Shown: positions 59,199 through 64,000 of the stretch, in pieces
Layout: the number at the start of each line of letters is the position of its first letter
Numbering within the stretch: position 1 is the first letter of the stretch
Origin: a virus
Reading direction: 5' to 3' (one strand)
DNA length: 64,000 nt
Virus record (IMG/VR): IMGVR_UViG_3300033141_003544
Coordinates: 41,578 to 105,577 of that record
Notes under the pieces: model-generated
The model's input: the letters and a program-made list of their open reading frames with translations, nothing else
What the model was told of the DNA's origin: nothing
Databases searched by the model: none
Made by a program: the position numbers and the translations under genes

Positions 59199-60933
59199 AA
59201 AATTGTTTAAAAGACCGGAAGTAATTACAAAAGAAGAGCATGACAGAATAGTCCATGATGTAATGATTGCAACTAGGGATGAAGAAAGAACATATTGGAG
59301 AGAGAATAATTCTGATATGGAAAAGTGGAAACCTATAATAGTGAAAGATTATAAAGATCCTTTTTATCAGCAAATGTCTGAAAGTGCGATGTATTGTCTT
59401 CCAAAATATAAAAGACACAGTAAGATAACATTGCCCACAAGAATTGGAGCTATTCTTGAGTCAGTTACTGGAGGTTGGATATCTTTGGGAGGTGGAGCTC
59501 ACCTTTTAAGGAGACAACAGGATCTTAATTCTTTATTATTACTTCAAGATGCAATTTTTTTAAAAGTTCAACAAGATCCACATGCTAGAGCAATTGTAAA
59601 CAATATTAAATATTATACTATAGGAAAAGGTACTAATGTAGCCTGTCAAGTTCCACAAGTTGCTAAAGTTATAGATGAATTTAGACTATTGAACAATATG
59701 GAACAAAGAGAAAAACAAATGGTTAGGACGGGTTATATGTATGGGGAGTATTTTGTACATTTAATAGTTGACAGTAAAGGGAATGTTTTACTCAGGGGAA
59801 TTGACCCTTCTGAGATTGAAGAAATAGAAACATTGGATGATGTTAATACCCCTTTATCTTATAAAAGAAGGTGGGTTTCATCAACTGGAGATTCTCAAAC
59901 TGTTTGGATACCCGATTTTAATTATTTTGAACAACTTAAAAGGGAATGGAGGAATGTAAGTAAAAGAGTTAGAACTACTGAAGAGAAAACAAGGAAATAT
60001 ATACAATATATTAAATACGGGGAGGAAGGTGAAACTAGAGGTAGACCCCCTATGGGTTCTACATTAAAATATCTTAAATATTATGAAAATTTTTTAATTG
60101 ATAGATTGAGGTTAAACCATGAACGAGCGAAAGTAGTATGGATTAGAACTGAGCAGGGTAGAGGAAAAGATTCATATGCTAACCCTTTTCAAGCTCCCAA
60201 GGGAGGAATTATGTTAAGGGAAACTGAGGATGTTAGATATAGAATTGAATCTCCAAAATTGGAAGCCGCGGATGCAAAGACTGATGGGGATGCTGTACTT
60301 TATATGATAGGAGCGGCGATAAATATGCCCATACATATATTACATCAGGATGCCACTACGAGTGTCTACGCCGGGATTCGGAAGTCTGATACTCCATTTG
60401 GGCAGATGATTTTGGACAATCAGGATTTTTGGGGTGACCAATGGAAACTTCTTCATAAGTTTGTAATACATCAAAAAGTATTAAAAGGTAAACTTCGAGA
60501 ACATTATAGAGTTCCTCATTTTGATCAGAATGCTATTGAAGCTGTTTTGAGGATAATAAATGAAGCAGTTGTTGATGGGAAAGATTCAAATGATATTACA
60601 AAAGACGCCAAAAAGCTGTTAAAAAAAGAAAAACAGATTAAAGTAAAAACTGAAGAGATCCCTGTTCTTCAAACTTTTCCTTTAATGGTTAATGATAATC
60701 CTCTGGAGGTGGCCAAGGTTTTAAAAATACACCAAGAATTAGGTATTGTAAGTCAAGCTACATTATCAAAAAGGGCTGGTTATGATTGGAACCGTGAACT
60801 TCAACAACTGTTAAAAGAGAAGGAAGACGGCTATGACCAGTTTAAGACTGATAAGAAAGGTTTAACTGATGATCGAGGAAATCCAGAAGACCGTGACCAC
60901 GACAATATACCTCCCGATTTACCAAGGAGTTAA
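59188..60933 (+). CDS. Portal protein
   Basis: Follows TerL; YGEYF, IDPSEI, RGRPP motifs; size fits. Confidence 0.75.
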   Translation: MDFKKLFKRPEVITKEEHDRIVHDVMIATRDEERTYWRENNSDMEKWKPIIVKDYKDPFYQQMSESAMYCLPKYKRHSKITLPTRIGAILESVTGGWISLGGGAHLLRRQQDLNSLLLLQDAIFLKVQQDPHARAIVNNIKYYTIGKGTNVACQVPQVAKVIDEFRLLNNMEQREKQMVRTGYMYGEYFVHLIVDSKGNVLLRGIDPSEIEEIETLDDVNTPLSYKRRWVSSTGDSQTVWIPDFNYFEQLKREWRNVSKRVRTTEEKTRKYIQYIKYGEEGETRGRPPMGSTLKYLKYYENFLIDRLRLNHERAKVVWIRTEQGRGKDSYANPFQAPKGGIMLRETEDVRYRIESPKLEAADAKTDGDAVLYMIGAAINMPIHILHQDATTSVYAGIRKSDTPFGQMILDNQDFWGDQWKLLHKFVIHQKVLKGKLREHYRVPHFDQNAIEAVLRIINEAVVDGKDSNDITKDAKKLLKKEKQIKVKTEEIPVLQTFPLMVNDNPLEVAKVLKIHQELGIVSQATLSKRAGYDWNRELQQLLKEKEDGYDQFKTDKKGLTDDRGNPEDRDHDNIPPDLPRS

Positions 60934-60935
60934 CA

Positions 60936-61175
60936 ATGTTAGAAGATAAAAAAGAAAAACCAAAAGCTTTGCACTTAATGGACGATAGCAAAGATGTTGT
61001 TTTTAGTTTTACAGTAGTTAAAAGAAAGAATAATACGGTAGATTTAGGTGGGGATGATTTAGACTATGTGGATTTGAATGAGATATACCGTTGTATATGT
61101 GATATAAAAAATCAACTTGAAAACCTCAGGGTTATTGAGGGTATGATGAATTTGGTAGGAGATAAGGAGGAATAA
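60936..61175 (+). CDS. hypothetical protein
   Basis: SD+ORF. Confidence 0.6.
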   Translation: MLEDKKEKPKALHLMDDSKDVVFSFTVVKRKNNTVDLGGDDLDYVDLNEIYRCICDIKNQLENLRVIEGMMNLVGDKEE

Positions 61176-61432
61176 TGCCTGAAATACCCAAAAAGGACAG
61201 AGAGAAAATTAAAAAAGTACTATTAGAGAAGTTTGATAAGACTCTTGATGTTAATAGTTTGGCAGATGGTGTACCTGTTTGGAAGGTTTTATTTTTTATG
61301 TTAGACCGTATTAATACTGCTTCTTTTTATGGTACTTTCGAATGGAAGATAATAGGAACAAAAGTTAAGGATGTGAAAATAACTAATCAAACCTTTCGTT
61401 CTGATGGGATTTACGATATTAATGGTTTCTGA
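61175..61432 (+). CDS. hypothetical protein
   Basis: SD+ORF. Confidence 0.6.
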   Translation: MPEIPKKDREKIKKVLLEKFDKTLDVNSLADGVPVWKVLFFMLDRINTASFYGTFEWKIIGTKVKDVKITNQTFRSDGIYDINGF

Positions 61433-61481
61433 TATTTTAATTGAGTTAATCTTTTTATTTGGAAGTTTGAGAAGATTTTCC

Positions 61482-61510
61482 TTGACAATGTAGGTGTTAT
61501 ATCTTATATT
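61482..61510 (+). promoter_or_regulatory. sigma70-type promoter of head genes
   Basis: TTGACA-N17-TATATT. Confidence 0.7.
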
Positions 61511-61669
61511 ATAGTGCAATTCAATTAAAACGAGTACAATTATCTAAGTTGACCGTTTGTTAGTATTATAATTATTTGTAATATATGGCGAGCGGTTTTT
61601 AGTTTTAAAGGTTATTGAATGCCTTACCTTTGTTTAAAATATTATTATTGAAAATAAGGAGAGATAGCT

Positions 61670-63553
61670 ATGCCGTGGAATGTCTCAATGGTGAGTAGAC
61701 ATACTAAACTTGCTAAAACTAACTCTGAAAAGAGACAATGGGTTAAAGTGGCAAATGGGGCTAGAGATGCTTGTTTGAAAGAGGGGGGAACAGAAGAATA
61801 TTGTGATGCTAAAGCTATAAGAATTGCTAATGCTCATATACGAAAAATGAAAAATACAGAAAGTAAATGGGGTAAACTTAATATTGCCGTTGCTCCAATA
61901 AACATAATGGAGGCAGAAAAAGAAAAAGGAGAAAGAAGAATTATTATTAGAGTATTACAAGGAGATGATGGAGAAGAAAATGATGGTATATCTTTAAACA
62001 ACAATTATTATAGTAAGGAAGTCGCTGAAAGTATAGCTGTGCTTCTTCAAGATAGTAAAAATATGTATATAGATCATATTGATAGAGATAAACTTCAGGA
62101 AATGACCCCTTATCTTGGGGCGGGTAGACCTTTAAAAGACTTAGCTGGAATTATTGAAGAGACTTGGGCTGAAAATGCAGCTACTTATGCTAAAGTTCAT
62201 TTGCCTGACAAACCTGAAACTGGTTGGTTATATGAAGTATTGAGAGAGCACCCTGATGCGGTTGGAGTTTCTATTGATGCTATGGCTTTTTCAAAAGAAG
62301 GTAAGATAAGAGATCGGGAAGTTAATATAATTGAGAAGATTGACTATGTAGAAGAAGTTGATTTTGTAGGTAAACCTGCTGCTGGGGGTAATTTTATTGC
62401 TATGGCCGAATGTGTTCAGGAGGGTGTTATAAGACAGTTAAATGAAGAGGAGATTGTAGATGATAGTTATATAGATAAAACTATTGAAATATTAAAAAAT
62501 TATGATCAATCAGACCCTGTAGTACGGGTGATAATGGATCTTCTTAATAATGCAAATGATAGAACGAAAGACACTATTGAGGGTATTATAAAATTTTTGA
62601 GTTATAATAATATAGACGAACTTATTGAGAATATTATACAATTTTTGAAAAAGGATGAAATTGTTGAAAATATAACTCAAATTTTAGAAGAGATAAAAAC
62701 TACAACTCAATCACTTATTTTATCAAAAGAGGTATTTCCTACAAAAGAAAAAGCTAATAAATGGGTCAAAGACCATAATAAAAAGATCCCAAGTGGGGGA
62801 GCAAGGGAGACCGAGAACTCTTGGAGATATGAACAAGTACCTAAAGGTCACTTTATTCCTGAAAGTTTTAGGACTATAGAATTAACAAAAGGTGTAAAGG
62901 CTGTAATCGGTCATTTAAAGAAACAGTATAGGAAAAAAGAGAGTTTGAATCTAAAACAAAATAACATAGGAGAGGATAACATGGAAAACGAAGAAATTCG
63001 GAATTTAACTCTGGAACAAATCAATGCTTCGGGGAACAAATTGGTAGCTACGCTTAGGGCAAGTCTTAAAGAAGAGCTGATAAAGGAAATGGAAGAAGAT
63101 GGTAAAATCAAAGAGCTTGAAGAGAGAAACAAAGAGCTTGAGGAAAAAAACAAAGAGTTTGAGGAAAAAAACAAAGAGCTAGTTGAGAATGAAGCTAAAA
63201 GAGAAGCGAAAATGAAAGCTCAGGAAAGAAAAGCTTTCATTTCTGCCGAAGTAAAACGATTGGAGATCCCAGAGAGTTGTATAACGGAAAGGGTTCAGGA
63301 AGTTTTGGAAGAAATGGAGGGAGATGAGAAGGTAACTGGATTTCTTGAAGATATTGCAAAGGCTGTTAAAGAAACTACAATTTCTGTTGACAATCCTGGA
63401 AATGATAAAGATAGCGATGAGGACAAAGGTAAAGACAACAATGAAAACAATGAGAAGAAAATTGAAGAAGCTTTGAACCCTGAAAATTTTACGGGTCCTT
63501 ATATAAGATATATTGACTCAGAACAGTTTGCTAGAGATATGAAAGCGAGGTAA
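61670..63553 (+). CDS. Prohead protease/scaffold fusion
   Basis: SLNNNYY, YIDH, GVSIDA, VDFVGKPAAGG; C-terminal coiled coil with KELEEKN heptads. Confidence 0.75.
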   Translation: MPWNVSMVSRHTKLAKTNSEKRQWVKVANGARDACLKEGGTEEYCDAKAIRIANAHIRKMKNTESKWGKLNIAVAPINIMEAEKEKGERRIIIRVLQGDDGEENDGISLNNNYYSKEVAESIAVLLQDSKNMYIDHIDRDKLQEMTPYLGAGRPLKDLAGIIEETWAENAATYAKVHLPDKPETGWLYEVLREHPDAVGVSIDAMAFSKEGKIRDREVNIIEKIDYVEEVDFVGKPAAGGNFIAMAECVQEGVIRQLNEEEIVDDSYIDKTIEILKNYDQSDPVVRVIMDLLNNANDRTKDTIEGIIKFLSYNNIDELIENIIQFLKKDEIVENITQILEEIKTTTQSLILSKEVFPTKEKANKWVKDHNKKIPSGGARETENSWRYEQVPKGHFIPESFRTIELTKGVKAVIGHLKKQYRKKESLNLKQNNIGEDNMENEEIRNLTLEQINASGNKLVATLRASLKEELIKEMEEDGKIKELEERNKELEEKNKEFEEKNKELVENEAKREAKMKAQERKAFISAEVKRLEIPESCITERVQEVLEEMEGDEKVTGFLEDIAKAVKETTISVDNPGNDKDSDEDKGKDNNENNEKKIEEALNPENFTGPYIRYIDSEQFARDMKAR

Positions 63554-63556
63554 ATT

Positions 63557-64000
63557 ATGGCTACAACTAGTAATATTAAAATCTTACACTACTCAAACAA
63601 TCCATTTGATAGATGGGAATGGCCTGTAGGATCGAGTGTTGTTTTTGCTCACGGAGACTTAGCTGAAAGTGTTAGTGGTACTGCTGGTACTGCAACAGTT
63701 GTGGATGGTGACGATAACGATCAATTTATTGGGGTTGTAGAAACCGGATCAGCTACTGGAAGTACTACACCAATTGCCGTCCTTATAAGATGTATTATCA
63801 AAGGTAAACTAACTGCTGATGCTGTTGATGCTGGTGATACAGTGAAATATAATGCTGGTGCTAATGGTACTGATTGGGTTTTTGCAGATGCTACGGCTGA
63901 AGGGATTGCGTGGTGTTTTGAAGGGGATGGAATTGCTGCTTCTGGAAGTGGAAAACTATTGATTGATGTCCCACGTTTAGATGTCGGAATATTTGAAGTA
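63557..64000 (+). CDS. Head decoration/cement protein (partial)
   Basis: G/T/A-rich, GDL..FIGV motif, directly after the scaffold; open at the edge. Confidence 0.55.
   Translation, partial: MATTSNIKILHYSNNPFDRWEWPVGSSVVFAHGDLAESVSGTAGTATVVDGDDNDQFIGVVETGSATGSTTPIAVLIRCIIKGKLTADAVDAGDTVKYNAGANGTDWVFADATAEGIAWCFEGDGIAASGSGKLLIDVPRLDVGIFEV

Noticed and set aside
31822-63174. Opposite-strand ORFs overlapping real genes (e.g. 33959, 39682, 48136, 50836, 57041, 62911)
   Set aside because: Shadow frames with no SD or motifs.
63110-63185. 21-bp tandem repeat
   Set aside because: Encodes scaffold coiled-coil heptads.
1-64000. Genome-wide stop-codon reassignment (TGA=Gly), prompted by the clpP TGA
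   Set aside because: Long genes are intact under code 11 and many end in TGA with ATGA coupling.

Overview
AT-rich segment of a large tailed dsDNA phage (Caudoviricetes) with four transcription blocks. (1) 1-30.2 kb, minus strand: replication and nucleotide modification. It carries a UDG-fused family A DNA polymerase, primase, DnaB with loader and initiator, a UvsW-like helicase, a sigma factor, a C5 methyltransferase and dCMP deaminases. It also holds a cluster of three dCMP-type thymidylate-synthase paralogues, a triple glycosyltransferase, UDP-glucose dehydrogenase, an all-alpha dNTP pyrophosphatase and two Nmad1/DUF1599 proteins. (2) 30.7-48.5 kb, plus strand: PolX, NAD-dependent ligase, a tRNA-like element and about 40 small early-type genes behind repeated TTGHAA/TTGATA-N16/17-TATATT promoters. 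(3) After a 1.4 kb repeat-rich non-coding gap, 50.0-55.4 kb, minus strand: small genes, several of them individually bracketed by their own inverted repeats. (4) 55.5-64 kb, plus strand: packaging and head genes, with TerL split in two. Mobile elements are three cis inteins (one class 3), one naturally split intein with an intervening free-standing LAGLIDADG gene, and a related LAGLIDADG gene next to a broken dCMP deaminase. A T9SS-CTD lipoprotein together with strong Shine-Dalgarno use suggests a non-Bacteroidia FCB-group host. Best leads: the candidate cytosine-hypermodification pathway, the split-intein helicase, the IR-bracketed genes, the split terminase and the tRNA mimic. All calls come from reading motifs by eye; no searches were run.
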